The notes beneath the pieces were generated by a model. It was not told the DNA's origin. It ran no database searches and saw nothing but the letters and a program-made list of their open reading frames with translations. The translations under genes and the position numbers were made by a program. Positions 16,892-26,833 of a stretch of DNA of 39,184 nucleotides are shown one piece after another. The stretch's first letter is position 1, and every line of letters begins with the position of its first letter. Origin of the DNA: a virus. Its lineage: Duplodnaviria > Heunggongvirae > Uroviricota > Caudoviricetes. The stretch lies in the IMG/VR virus record IMGVR_UViG_2693429536_000016, one strand, 5' to 3'.

Positions 16892-17944
16892 ATGAAAAAT
16901 ACTGTAAAAATAAACAGTGTTGATTTAATCAACGCTGATTGCCTGCATTTTATTCAGTCCCTGCCTGATGATTCCATTGACCTGATTGTTACCGATCCGC
17001 CGTACTTCAAGGTGAAACCCAACGGTTGGGACAATCAGTGGAAAGGGGACGAAGATTACCTTAAGTGGCTGGACCACTGTCTGGCCCAGTTCTGGCGGGT
17101 GTTAAAACCTGCCGGAAGCCTTTATCTGTTCTGTGGGCATCGCCTGGCATCTGATATTGAGATCATGATGCGTGAACGTTTCAACGTGCTTAACCATATC
17201 ATCTGGGCGAAGCCGTCCGGACGTTGGAATGGGTGTAATAAAGAAAGTCTGCGCGCATATTTTCCTGCCACAGAGCGCGTTCTGTTTGCTGAACATTACC
17301 AGGGGCCATATCGCGGCAAAAGTGACGGCTATGCAGCAAAAGAAAGGGAACTCAAACAGCACATAATGGCACCGCTGATATCGTATTTCAGGGATGCTCG
17401 TGCCGAACTGGGTATAACGGCAAAACAAATTGCCGAAGCCACAGGTAAGAAAAATATGGTTTCCCACTGGTTTGGTGCCAGTCAGTGGCAGTTGCCGAAT
17501 GAGGCTGACTATCGGAAGTTACAGGCACTGTTTTCCCGTATAGCGGCAGAGAAGTTTCAGGAACAACAACTGGAACAACCACACCACCAGCTGGTGGCAT
17601 CTTATGATTCACTGAATCGCAAATATTCTGAATTGCTGGATGAGTTTAAATCTCTCCGGCGCTATTTCTCCGTATCAGTCTCCGTGCCTTATACCGATGT
17701 CTGGACGCATAAACCCGTTCAGTTCTACCCGGGTAAACATCCGTGCGAGAAACCGGCGGATATGCTCCGGCAAATAATCAATGCCAGTAGTCGCCCTGGT
17801 GATCTGGTTGCTGATTTCTTTATGGGATCCGGTTCCACAATAAAAGCAGCAATGGCGCTGGGGCGTCGGGCGTTAGGTGTTGAACTTGAGTCAGAGCGGT
17901 TTAATCAGACGGTGAAAGAGGTAAGTGAACTGGTGGGGAAATAA
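16892..17944 (+). CDS. Orphan DNA methyltransferase (N6-adenine/N4-cytosine, beta-class order: DPPY then FxGxG)
   Basis: Motif IV ...LIVTDPPYF... near N-terminus and SAM-binding motif ...FFMGSGSTIKAA... near C-terminus; no adjacent endonuclease gene evident. Confidence 0.85.
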   Translation: MKNTVKINSVDLINADCLHFIQSLPDDSIDLIVTDPPYFKVKPNGWDNQWKGDEDYLKWLDHCLAQFWRVLKPAGSLYLFCGHRLASDIEIMMRERFNVLNHIIWAKPSGRWNGCNKESLRAYFPATERVLFAEHYQGPYRGKSDGYAAKERELKQHIMAPLISYFRDARAELGITAKQIAEATGKKNMVSHWFGASQWQLPNEADYRKLQALFSRIAAEKFQEQQLEQPHHQLVASYDSLNRKYSELLDEFKSLRRYFSVSVSVPYTDVWTHKPVQFYPGKHPCEKPADMLRQIINASSRPGDLVADFFMGSGSTIKAAMALGRRALGVELESERFNQTVKEVSELVGK

Positions 17945-18020
17945 TTCTGGTGGCCACGTTGCGTGGCCTTTTTATTTCCAACACAGCACCCGCAAATATC
18001 GCGAGGTGAGAGATGACGAA

Positions 18021-18356
18021 ATGCCTCATAACCCAAATACCTGGCCGGACTGGCTGGAGTTGTTTCAGAGCTGGTGGCGTGGAGACACGCCGCTGGGTGC
18101 AGTGATTATGTCGATCGTTATGGCTGGTTTGCGCATCGCCTATTTTGGCGGTGGTGGTGGCTGGAAGCGAAAAACGCTCGAGATTTTGCTCTGTGGCGCT
18201 CTGACGCTGACCTTTGCATCCGCTCTTGAGTATGTCGGATGGCCTAAATCACTTTCTGTTGCCATTGGTGGCGGCGTGGGGCTGATCGGTGTCGATGCTA
18301 TTCGTGGGGCTGCAATGCGAGTAATCGGTAACAAGTTTGGTGGCTCTAAGGAGTAA
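18021..18356 (+). CDS. Holin
   Basis: RBS GAGGTGAG; hydrophobic segments (GAVIMSIVMAGLRIAYFGG..., ILLCGALTLTFASAL..., SVAIGGGVGLIGV...) and position immediately upstream of the endolysin. Confidence 0.65.
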   Translation: MPHNPNTWPDWLELFQSWWRGDTPLGAVIMSIVMAGLRIAYFGGGGGWKRKTLEILLCGALTLTFASALEYVGWPKSLSVAIGGGVGLIGVDAIRGAAMRVIGNKFGGSKE

Positions 18357-18359
18357 TTT

Positions 18360-18836
18360 ATGCAGGTACTAAATTCCCAGCGTAAAGCTTTCCTCGATAT
18401 GTTGGCGTGGTCAGAAGGAACGGATAACGGGCGACAGCCAACCCGCAATCACGGCTACGACGTTATTGTAGGTGGTGAGTTATTCACGGATTACTCCGAT
18501 CATCCTCGCAAACTTGTCACGCTAAACCCCAAACTCAAATCAACAGCCGCCGGACGTTACCAGCTTCTTTCACGCTGGTGGGATGCTTACCGTAAACAGC
18601 TTGGCCTGAAAGATTTTTCTCCAGAAAGCCAGGACGCTGTAGCTCTGCAGCAGATTAAAGAGCGTGGCGCTTTACCGATGATTGATCGCGGTGATATTCG
18701 TCAGGCTATCGACCGTTGCAGCAATATCTGGGCTTCACTACCGGGCGCTGGTTATGGTCAGTTCGAGCATAAAGTTGACAGCCTGATTGCAAAATTCAAA
18801 GAAGCAGGCGGAACGGTCAGAGAGATTGAGGTATGA
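18360..18836 (+). CDS. R: Endolysin, lambda R-type lytic transglycosylase
   Basis: 158 aa; near-identical over most of its length to lambda R as I recall it (..[57 protein letters not shown]...). Confidence 0.95.
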   Translation: MQVLNSQRKAFLDMLAWSEGTDNGRQPTRNHGYDVIVGGELFTDYSDHPRKLVTLNPKLKSTAAGRYQLLSRWWDAYRKQLGLKDFSPESQDAVALQQIKERGALPMIDRGDIRQAIDRCSNIWASLPGAGYGQFEHKVDSLIAKFKEAGGTVREIEV

Positions 18837-19300
18837 GCAGAGTAACCGCGATTATCTCCGCTCTGGTTATTTGTATCATCGCCTGCCTGTCATGGGCTGT
18901 TAATCATTACCGTGATAACGCCATCGCCTACAAAGAACAGCGTGATAAAAAAGTCAGTGAGCTGAAGCAGGCGACCGCCACCATCGCTGACATGCAGCAG
19001 CGTCAGCGTGATGTTGCTGCGATCGATGCAAAATACACGAAGGAGTTAGCCGATGCGAAAACTGAAAATGAAACTCTGCGCGCTGATGTTGCCGCTGGTC
19101 GTAAGCGCCTGCGGGTCAATGCCAGTTGCTCCGCAGCCGTGCGTGAAGCCACCGGACCCACCAGCATGGATAATGCAACCAGCCCCCGACTGGCAGACAC
19201 CGCTGAACGGGATTATTTCACCCTCAGAGAACGGTTGATGACGATGCAGAAGCAACTGGAAGGGGCGCAGGAATATATCCGCACCCAGCGCATTAAGTAG
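18833..19300 (+). CDS. Rz: Spanin inner-membrane subunit Rz
   Basis: N-terminal TM segment, coiled-coil body, closely matches lambda Rz from memory; overlaps R stop. Confidence 0.9.
   Translation: MSRVTAIISALVICIIACLSWAVNHYRDNAIAYKEQRDKKVSELKQATATIADMQQRQRDVAAIDAKYTKELADAKTENETLRADVAAGRKRLRVNASCSAAVREATGPTSMDNATSPRLADTAERDYFTLRERLMTMQKQLEGAQEYIRTQRIK
19053..19238 (+). CDS. Rz1: Spanin outer-membrane lipoprotein subunit Rz1, embedded in +1 frame of Rz
   Basis: RBS AGGAG; lipobox-like LVVSAC, proline-rich ...[30 protein letters not shown]... matching lambda Rz1. Confidence 0.85.
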   Translation: MRKLKMKLCALMLPLVVSACGSMPVAPQPCVKPPDPPAWIMQPAPDWQTPLNGIISPSENG

Positions 19301-19684
19301 ATGGAGAAAAAACACGAATCTGTGGTTTTTACTGAGCGCGGTGTACACGGTGGAACATATGGCGGGAAGTTTGTTGCTTATGATTATGCAGCATGGCTAA
19401 ACCCCGGATTTAAATATGCAGCCTATAAAGTCCTGGATGACTACTTCACCGGAGAACTTCAGCATCGCAACAGCTTAAGTGCGCAGCTCAATATGAAGTG
19501 TCATGAGTTTGATCAGAAAAAAGATATGGCGAGCTTCTGTGGACAAGGGCTGGCGGCATGGCGCTATACGAAGCCAGTGTTGGTCGCTGAGATTAACTCC
19601 CTGGCTAACCAGCTGCAGATAACGATCCCCGGGCTGTCCGGTATTTGCCGGTATGAAATTACCGGAAGGCGCGGTCGTTACTGA
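19301..19684 (+). CDS. Hypothetical protein downstream of lysis genes
   Basis: 127-aa ORF starting right after Rz stop; no recognisable motif. Confidence 0.4.
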   Translation: MEKKHESVVFTERGVHGGTYGGKFVAYDYAAWLNPGFKYAAYKVLDDYFTGELQHRNSLSAQLNMKCHEFDQKKDMASFCGQGLAAWRYTKPVLVAEINSLANQLQITIPGLSGICRYEITGRRGRY

Positions 19685-19944
19685 GTAACAGCAGGCATTA
19701 CAGCAGCCCTTCACTGAGGGGCTGCGATAATGTGAGGAATAAAAAACCGGCAGGGGAAATCCATTGAAGATTTGCCGGTGGCAAAAGATGGCCATGCTTT
19801 TAACCTTAGTAGCAGAGTTACGGAGTTCAACAACGACCGTCGCCGTTATCTTGCTGAAAGGCGTTTCAATGATTTTCATCAATTTATTCATCAGCAATGG
19901 TGATAATCACTCTCATTTTGGCGGGTCCTTCCGGTGGGGTGGCC

Positions 19945-19975
19945 TGCCACGGGGCGGGAGCGTCGCGGAAAAAGG
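19945..19975. other. Candidate cohesive-end site (cosN-like) upstream of terminase genes
   Basis: GGGCGGGAGCGTCGCGG (19952-19968) resembles the lambda left end GGGCGGCGACCTCGCGG; lies ~170-185 bp upstream of the small terminase start, similar to lambda cos-Nu1 spacing. Confidence 0.35.
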
Positions 19976-20137
19976 CTAGTTTTTGAAATTTCATTCGTCA
20001 TCACCACTACTGTAATAGATTGATATTACAGTGGTTTTATTTTTGTAGTGTCGATTTTGATTGTTTTTTGTTCATCACTAACACCGTTTGCCTAAAGTTG
20101 TTCGCAAGATGCATGTTTAAAACATTCTGGAGCGGGT

Positions 20138-20632
20138 ATGGATCGAGAGTTAAAAAATCTGACGCTTAATATCAGTCAACTGGCGGCACTGTCAGGTGTA
20201 CATCGCCAGACTGCTGCGGCAAGGCTGCAAAATCTACCCGTTGCAGGGGGGCATGAAAGCAACCTCAAGCTTTATCGGGTGGTTGATATTGTGTCGGCAT
20301 TTCTGGCATTACCACCGCCGGTTGCAGAAGGCGAAATGGACGCGCATGAGCGCAAAGCCTGGTATCAGTCTGAACGTGAGCGTCTTAAGTTCGAACAGGA
20401 AACGGCACAACTCATTCCGGCCAGTGATGTCAGACGGGAGTTTGCCATCTGGGCAAAAGCGGTCGTGCAGGTGCTGGAGACATTACCGGATATTCTTGAA
20501 CGTGACTGCGGTCTGCAGCCTGCCGCTGTGAGCCGTGTTCAGTCCATTATTGATGATCTGCGCGATCAGATAGCCCTGCGGGTGACTGAAGCAGGTGCGG
20601 ATGATGAGGAGGAATTACAGCAGGAGGAGTAA
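20138..20632 (+). CDS. Terminase small subunit (Nu1-like, N-terminal HTH)
   Basis: N-terminal ...LTLNISQLAALSGVHRQTAAARLQN... HTH like lambda Nu1; acidic C-terminus; immediately precedes large terminase with overlapping stop/start. Confidence 0.75.
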   Translation: MDRELKNLTLNISQLAALSGVHRQTAAARLQNLPVAGGHESNLKLYRVVDIVSAFLALPPPVAEGEMDAHERKAWYQSERERLKFEQETAQLIPASDVRREFAIWAKAVVQVLETLPDILERDCGLQPAAVSRVQSIIDDLRDQIALRVTEAGADDEEELQQEE

Positions 20633-22734
20633 TGCTGAATCAGGAAACCGCAAAGGCAGCACGAACCGATTCAGGTTATATCCTTCGCGCACCGAGACGA
20701 ATGCGGGTTGCTGATGCCGTTGCTCAGTATATGCGGGTGCCCATGGGGGCCGGGAACTCAGTCCCGTGGGATCCGCTGGTGGCACCGTATGTTATTGAGC
20801 CGATGAACTGCCTGGCCTCGCGTGAATACGACGCAGTGATATTTGTTGGCCCGGCACGAACCGGCAAGACTATCGGCCTGATTGACGGCTGGGTGATTTA
20901 CAACGTGATTTGCGATCCTGCTGATATGCTGATCATTCAGATGACGGAGGAAAAAGCCCGCGAACACTCCAAAAAACGACTCGCCAGAACGTTTCGCGTC
21001 AGCCCGGAAGTGGTCAGTCGCCTGAGTCCGAACAAAAATGACAACAACGTTTATGACAGAACATTCCTTGCTGGCAACTACCTGAAAATCGGCTGGCCGT
21101 CAGTCAATATCATGTCCTCATCAGATTATAAATGCGTCGCGCTGACGGATTATGACCGTTTTCCGGAAGATATTGATGGCGAGGGGGATGCCTTCTCTCT
21201 TGCCTCAAAACGTACCACCACATTTATGTCCAGCGGTATGACGTTGGTGGAGAGTTCCCCCGGCAGGGATGTGAAGGATGTGAAATGGCGACGGACTTCA
21301 CCGCATGAGGCTCCACCAACCACGGGGATCCTGTCGCTCTATAACCGTGGTGATCGCCGTCGCTGGTACTGGCCCTGTCCACACTGTGGTGAGTATTTTC
21401 AGCCCTGCGGCGATGTGGTTGCTGGTTTCCGTGATATTGCCGATCCCGTGCTGGCAAGTGAGGCGGCTTATATTCAGTGTCCTTCCTGTTCAGGACGGAT
21501 TATGCCTGAACACAAACGTGAGCTGAACGGACGTGGGGTCTGGTTGCGGGATGGTGAATCCATCAATGCGGATGGCAGTCGTTATGGTGATCCCCGACGC
21601 TCACGTATTGCGTCATTCTGGATGGAGGGTCCGGCAGCTGCTTACCAGACACTCTCGCAACTCGTTTACAAACTGCTTACTGCAGAACAGGAATACGAGA
21701 CAACCGGAAGTGAAGAAACACTCAAGACGGTTATCAATACCGACTGGGGATTACCTTATCTTCCCCGCGCCAGCATGGAGCAACGAAAAAGTGAACTGCT
21801 TGAGCAGCGGGCAGAGCCAGTTCCTTCCCGCAGTGTGCCGGATGGCGTTAATTTCCTTGTGGCGACAGTGGATGTGCAGGCGGGACGTCATCGCCGTTTT
21901 GTGGTTCAGGTAACGGGCTATGGCAGCCGTGGCGAACGCTGGATTATTGATCGTTACAACATCACGCAGTCATTGCGCGGTGACAGCGACGGGGAGAGCC
22001 AGCGAATTGATCCGGCCAGCTATCCGGAAGACTGGGATGTCCTGCTGACGGATGTTTTTCATAAAAGCTGGCCGCTGGCCTCCGATCCTTCTCAACAAAT
22101 GCGACTGATGGCAATGGCGGTGGACTCCGGCGGTGAAGACGGGGTCACTGATAATGCCTATAAATTCTGGCGTCGTTGCCGTCGTGATGGCCTTGGTAAA
22201 CGTATTTACCTGTTTAAGGGCGACAGCATCCGGCGCGCAAAACTGATCACCCGTACATTCCCTGATAACACCGGACGAACGGGCCGACGGGCGCAGGCCG
22301 CAGGTGATGTGCCGCTCTGGCTTCTTCAGACGGATGCACTGAAAGACCGGGTGAATAACGCGTTATGGCGTGACTCGCCAGGTCCCGGCTATGTGCATTT
22401 CCCTGACTGGCTGGGGAGCTGGTTTTACGACGAACTGACGTATGAAGAGCGGAGCAGTGACGGGAAATGGAGTAAGCCGGGTCGCGGTGCCAACGAAGCT
22501 TTTGACCTGATGGTGTATGCCGAGGCTCTGGTCATTCTGCATGGATACGAAAAGATCCGCTGGCCGGATGCACCGGAGTGGGCGAGCCGGGAAACCTGGC
22601 TGGAGTGTGTCCAGGACAGTACCGAACCGTCATCCTCACCGGAACCGGTATCCACGCCTGTTAAAAAACAAAAACGGAAGAAAACAGTAACTGACGATGT
22701 TAACCCCTGGCTGACTTCCGGAGGATGGTTATGA
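20632..22734 (+). CDS. Terminase large subunit (GpA family)
   Basis: 700 aa; Walker A VGPARTGKT; CPHCGEYFQ zinc-ribbon-like motif analogous to lambda gpA. Confidence 0.9.
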   Translation: MLNQETAKAARTDSGYILRAPRRMRVADAVAQYMRVPMGAGNSVPWDPLVAPYVIEPMNCLASREYDAVIFVGPARTGKTIGLIDGWVIYNVICDPADMLIIQMTEEKAREHSKKRLARTFRVSPEVVSRLSPNKNDNNVYDRTFLAGNYLKIGWPSVNIMSSSDYKCVALTDYDRFPEDIDGEGDAFSLASKRTTTFMSSGMTLVESSPGRDVKDVKWRRTSPHEAPPTTGILSLYNRGDRRRWYWPCPHCGEYFQPCGDVVAGFRDIADPVLASEAAYIQCPSCSGRIMPEHKRELNGRGVWLRDGESINADGSRYGDPRRSRIASFWMEGPAAAYQTLSQLVYKLLTAEQEYETTGSEETLKTVINTDWGLPYLPRASMEQRKSELLEQRAEPVPSRSVPDGVNFLVATVDVQAGRHRRFVVQVTGYGSRGERWIIDRYNITQSLRGDSDGESQRIDPASYPEDWDVLLTDVFHKSWPLASDPSQQMRLMAMAVDSGGEDGVTDNAYKFWRRCRRDGLGKRIYLFKGDSIRRAKLITRTFPDNTGRTGRRAQAAGDVPLWLLQTDALKDRVNNALWRDSPGPGYVHFPDWLGSWFYDELTYEERSSDGKWSKPGRGANEAFDLMVYAEALVILHGYEKIRWPDAPEWASRETWLECVQDSTEPSSSPEPVSTPVKKQKRKKTVTDDVNPWLTSGGWL

Positions 22735-22943
22735 ACCAGAATGATATCGAAGCCATGATTCAGCGTTATATGGAAGCTGAAATGGCGGTGCTGGACGGAA
22801 AATCCGTCACCTTTAATGGTCAGCAGATGACCATGGAAAACTTATCTGAGATCCGGCAGGGACGGCAGGAGTGGGAGCGCCGCCTTGCGGCTCTGATTAC
22901 ACGACGACGGGGGCATCCCGGGTACCGGCTGGCGAGGTTCTGA
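22731..22943 (+). CDS. Head completion / head-tail joining protein, gpW-like
   Basis: Small ORF with GGAGG RBS between terminase and portal; C-terminal ...RRRGHPGY... resembles lambda gpW C-terminus. Confidence 0.6.
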   Translation: MNQNDIEAMIQRYMEAEMAVLDGKSVTFNGQQMTMENLSEIRQGRQEWERRLAALITRRRGHPGYRLARF

Positions 22944-24451
22944 TGGCAATTCTTGATGATGTGATTGGCGTTTTTTCACCTGGATGGAAAGCGGCAAGGC
23001 TGCGTTCCCGTGCGGTGATCCAGGCTTATGAAGCCGTAAAAACGACGCGGACACACAAAGCCCGACGGGAGAACCGAACTGCCGACCAGCTAAGCCAGTA
23101 CGGGGCCGTGTCGTTACGTGAGCAGGCCCGTTACCTTGATAACAACCACGATCTGGTTATTGGTGTATTTGACAAGCTGGAAGAACGGGTGGTGGGGAAA
23201 AACGGGATTATTGTCGAGCCACATCCGGTATTACGCAATGGGGCCATTGCCCGTGATCTGGCAGCGGAGATTCGCACCCGATGGAGTGAATGGTCTGTCA
23301 GCCCGGAAGTCACCGGGCAGTTTACCCGTCCGATGCTGGAACGTCTGATGCTGCGTACCTGGCTGCGCGATGGTGAGGTGTTTGCCCAGATGGTTTCCGG
23401 GCGCATAAACAGCCTGACGCCTTCTGCCGGTGTTCATTTCTGGCTGGAGGCGCTCGAGCCAGACTTTATTCCCATGACCAGTGATGAGAGCAACAGGCTG
23501 AATCAGGGCGTGTTTGTTGATGACTGGGGGCGTCCCGAAAAATATCTGGTGTATAAAAGCCGTCCCGTATCCGGACGGCAGATGGAAACCAAAGAAGTGG
23601 ATGCAGAGCGAATGCTGCATCTTAAATTTGTTCGCCGTCTGCACCAGATGCGCGGGACGTCTTTGTTGTCCGGTGTGCTGATCCGCCTCAGTGCCCTGAA
23701 AGATTATGAAGATTATGAGCTGACTGCAGCAAGGATCGCCGCTGCTCTGGGGATGTACATCCGCAAAGGCGACGGGCAGAGCTATGAACCGGATGGTAAT
23801 GGCAGCAAGGATAAGGAACGCGAGCTTACCATTCAGCCAGGCATTATTTACGACGATCTGAAACCCGGCGAAGAAATCGGAATGGTGAAGTCGGATCGCC
23901 CCAATCCTAATCTTGAAACTTTTCGTAATGGTCAGTTGCGTGCAGTGGCGGCTGGCAGTCGTCTGAGTTTTTCCAGTACAGCGCGCAACTATAACGGCAC
24001 TTACAGCGCCCAGCGTCAGGAGCTGGTTGAATCCACTGATGGCTACCTGATCCTGCAGGACTGGTTTATTGGTGCCGTCACCCGCCCGATGTACCGTGCC
24101 TGGCTGAAACAGGCTGTGGCATCCGGTGTTATCAGGCTACCCCGCGATCTTGACCGTTCTTCACTGTATACCGCGGTGTATTCCGGACCGGTGATGCCGT
24201 GGATTGACCCTGTTAAGGAGGCTGAGGCCTGGAAAATCCAGATTCGTGGTGGAGCGGCGACAGAATCAGACTGGGTACGTGCAGGTGGTCGTAATCCGGA
24301 TGATGTCAAACGTCGGCGCAAGGCCGAAATTGATGAAAACCGCAAGCTGGATCTGGTATTTGATACCGATCCGGCCAGTGATAAAGGAGGCAGCAGTGCC
24401 GCAACGAAACGACAGGAGCCGCAGCACACCGACGACCAGTCCGAAGAATAA
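22943..24451 (+). CDS. Portal protein
   Basis: ~500-aa ORF following terminase/W in canonical order; ATG in TGATG overlap with W stop. Confidence 0.85.
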   Translation: MAILDDVIGVFSPGWKAARLRSRAVIQAYEAVKTTRTHKARRENRTADQLSQYGAVSLREQARYLDNNHDLVIGVFDKLEERVVGKNGIIVEPHPVLRNGAIARDLAAEIRTRWSEWSVSPEVTGQFTRPMLERLMLRTWLRDGEVFAQMVSGRINSLTPSAGVHFWLEALEPDFIPMTSDESNRLNQGVFVDDWGRPEKYLVYKSRPVSGRQMETKEVDAERMLHLKFVRRLHQMRGTSLLSGVLIRLSALKDYEDYELTAARIAAALGMYIRKGDGQSYEPDGNGSKDKERELTIQPGIIYDDLKPGEEIGMVKSDRPNPNLETFRNGQLRAVAAGSRLSFSSTARNYNGTYSAQRQELVESTDGYLILQDWFIGAVTRPMYRAWLKQAVASGVIRLPRDLDRSSLYTAVYSGPVMPWIDPVKEAEAWKIQIRGGAATESDWVRAGGRNPDDVKRRRKAEIDENRKLDLVFDTDPASDKGGSSAATKRQEPQHTDDQSEE

Positions 24452-24464
24452 TTCCTGGTTCAGG

Positions 24465-26423
24465 ATGCAGGCTGGTCACCAGAGTGACGCGGATATTTAT
24501 ATTTATGACGAGATTGGTTTCTGGGGTGTTACAGCGAAGCAGTTTATCAGTGATCTGAATGCACTGGGCGATATCACCCACATTAATCTCCATATCAATT
24601 CACCGGGTGGCGATGTCTTTGAAGGCATCGCCATTTTTAATGCGCTGAAAACACATGGTGCGTCCATTACCGTTTATGTCGACGGTGTGGCGGCGTCAAT
24701 GGCGTCGGTCATTGCGATGGTGGGAAAACCGGTCATTATGCCGGAAAACACCTTCATGATGATTCATAAACCATTTGGCTTTACGGGCGGTGATGCGGAG
24801 GACATGCGCACCTATGCCGACCTGCTCGATAAGGTTGAGGCGGTTCTGTTACCCGCTTATGCACAGAAAACCGGGAAAACCACCGATGAAATTGCTGCCA
24901 TGCTGGCGGATGAGACCTGGATGTCCGGTGCCGAATGTCTGGCACATGGATTTGCTGATCAGGTGACGCCAGCCGTTAAGGCAATGGCATGTATTCAGTC
25001 AAAACGTACAGAGGAATTTAAAAAGATGCCGGAATCCATTCGAAACATGATTACTCCGCCACGCAACAGTGCTCCACGCGTACAGGATAATGAACCTGCA
25101 GCCTCCCGGACGCCAGTGCAGGCAGCAGCACCCGTGGTGGATGAAAACAGTATCCGTGCGCAGGTACTGGCAGAGCAAAAAGCGCGTGTAAACGGTATTA
25201 ATGATCTGTTTGCCATGTTTGGCGGGCGTTATCAGACGCTGCAGGCTCAGTGTCTTGCCGATCCTGAATGTTCGCTGGAGCAGGCCCGCGAAAAGCTGTT
25301 GAACGAGATGGGGCGCGAGTCCACGCCATCCAATAAAAATACCCCGGCTCATATTTATGCCGGTAACGGTAATTTTGTGGGGGACGGGATCCGCCAGGCG
25401 CTGATGGCGCGTGCCGGATTTGAAAAAACCGAACGTGATAATGTCTACAACGGGATGACCCTGCGTGAATATGCCCGTATGTCACTGACTGAACGGGGTA
25501 TTGGGGTTTCCGGTTATAACCCGATGCAGATGGTCGGTGCGGCGTTCACACACAGTACGTCTGACTTCGGTAATATTCTGCTGGATGTTGCGAACAAAGC
25601 CATTCTGCAGGGCTGGGAGGATGCCCCTGAAACCTATGAACAGTGGACGCGGAAAGGTCAGTTGTCTGATTTTAAAATTGCCCATCGCGTGGGTATGGGG
25701 GGCTTCAGTGCTCTGCGTCAGGTGCGTGAAGGGGCGGAATATAAATACGTCACCACCGGAGATAAACAGGCCACTATTGCACTGGCGACCTATGGCGAGC
25801 TGTTCAGTATCACCCGTCAGGCCATTATCAATGATGATCTGAATATGCTGACCGATGTCCCGATGAAGCTGGGCCGTGCGGCGAAATCCACTATTGCCGA
25901 TCTGGTTTATGCCATTCTGACGTCTAACCCGAAAATCTCCACAGATAATGTAAGTCTGTTCGATAAAGCGAAACATGCAAACGTACTGGAGGACGCTGCA
26001 ATGGACGTGGCATCGCTGGATAAAGCCCGCCAGTTGATGCGTGTTCAGAAAGAGGGGGAGCGTCATCTGAATATTCGTCCTGCGTTCGTACTGGTACCGA
26101 CGGCGATGGAGTCTGTTGCTAACCAGGTCATTCGCTCCTCAAGTGTCAAGGGGGCTGACATTAACGCCGGTATTATTAACCCGGTGAAAGATTTTGCGAC
26201 CGTTATTGCAGAGCCTCGTCTTGATGATAACAGCCAGACCACCTTCTACCTGGCTGCGTCAAAAGGCTCCGATACGATTGAAGTGGCTTATCTCAACGGT
26301 GTGGATACGCCATATATTGATCAGATGGAGGGCTTCAGTGTGGATGGCGTGACAACGAAAGTGCGTATTGACGCCGGTGTCGCGCCAGTTGATCACCGCG
26401 GTCTGGTGAAATGTACGGCGTAA
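24465..26423 (+). CDS. Prohead protease (ClpP/S49-like) fused to major capsid protein
   Basis: N-terminal ...IYIYDEIGFWGV...INSPGGDVFEGIAIFNAL...VDGVAASMASVIA... typical of ClpP-like prohead proteases; long C-terminal region consistent with major capsid; followed by a terminator. Confidence 0.75.
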   Translation: MQAGHQSDADIYIYDEIGFWGVTAKQFISDLNALGDITHINLHINSPGGDVFEGIAIFNALKTHGASITVYVDGVAASMASVIAMVGKPVIMPENTFMMIHKPFGFTGGDAEDMRTYADLLDKVEAVLLPAYAQKTGKTTDEIAAMLADETWMSGAECLAHGFADQVTPAVKAMACIQSKRTEEFKKMPESIRNMITPPRNSAPRVQDNEPAASRTPVQAAAPVVDENSIRAQVLAEQKARVNGINDLFAMFGGRYQTLQAQCLADPECSLEQAREKLLNEMGRESTPSNKNTPAHIYAGNGNFVGDGIRQALMARAGFEKTERDNVYNGMTLREYARMSLTERGIGVSGYNPMQMVGAAFTHSTSDFGNILLDVANKAILQGWEDAPETYEQWTRKGQLSDFKIAHRVGMGGFSALRQVREGAEYKYVTTGDKQATIALATYGELFSITRQAIINDDLNMLTDVPMKLGRAAKSTIADLVYAILTSNPKISTDNVSLFDKAKHANVLEDAAMDVASLDKARQLMRVQKEGERHLNIRPAFVLVPTAMESVANQVIRSSSVKGADINAGIINPVKDFATVIAEPRLDDNSQTTFYLAASKGSDTIEVAYLNGVDTPYIDQMEGFSVDGVTTKVRIDAGVAPVDHRGLVKCTA

Positions 26424-26446
26424 ACATCGCAGACAACAACTCTGAT

Positions 26447-26467
26447 GGCCCGTAAGGGCTTTTTTTG
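26447..26467 (+). terminator. Rho-independent terminator after capsid gene
   Basis: GGCCC gtaa GGGCT (G-U closing pair) followed by TTTTTTT. Confidence 0.5.
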
Positions 26468-26509
26468 TACCTGAAATCAGCCCCTGAACGGGGCTGTGTG
26501 GAGACAGTT

Positions 26510-26833
26510 ATGGCAAAGAATTTTGTAGAAGAAGGAAAAACGGTGGCGATTGTTGCCAGTGCAGCCATCAGCAGCGGAGATCTGGTGCAGGTGGGTGATG
26601 TTTTTGCGGTGGCGCTGACCGATATTCCACAAGGTGAAACAGGCGACGGTATGACCGAAGGTGTGTTTATGCTGCCTAAGCTGAAAACGGATGACATGAA
26701 AACGGGTAAGAAGGTTTATCTGAAGTCCGGAAAAGTTCAGCTGACTAACAGCGGCTCTGATCCGCTGGTCGGGGTTGTCTGGGCAGATGCCGGAACCAGT
26801 GCAGAAGAAGTGCCGGTAAAACTCAATGTCTGA
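26510..26833 (+). CDS. Small head protein (decoration/head-stabilising-like, tentative)
   Basis: 108-aa ORF (MAKNFVEEGK...) with GGAG RBS directly after capsid gene. Confidence 0.4.
   Translation: MAKNFVEEGKTVAIVASAAISSGDLVQVGDVFAVALTDIPQGETGDGMTEGVFMLPKLKTDDMKTGKKVYLKSGKVQLTNSGSDPLVGVVWADAGTSAEEVPVKLNV

Noticed and set aside
25482-26066. 194-aa - strand ORF within the protease-capsid gene
   Set aside because: Fully embedded antisense to a conserved structural gene; low-complexity, Arg/Gln-rich translation; no RBS context.
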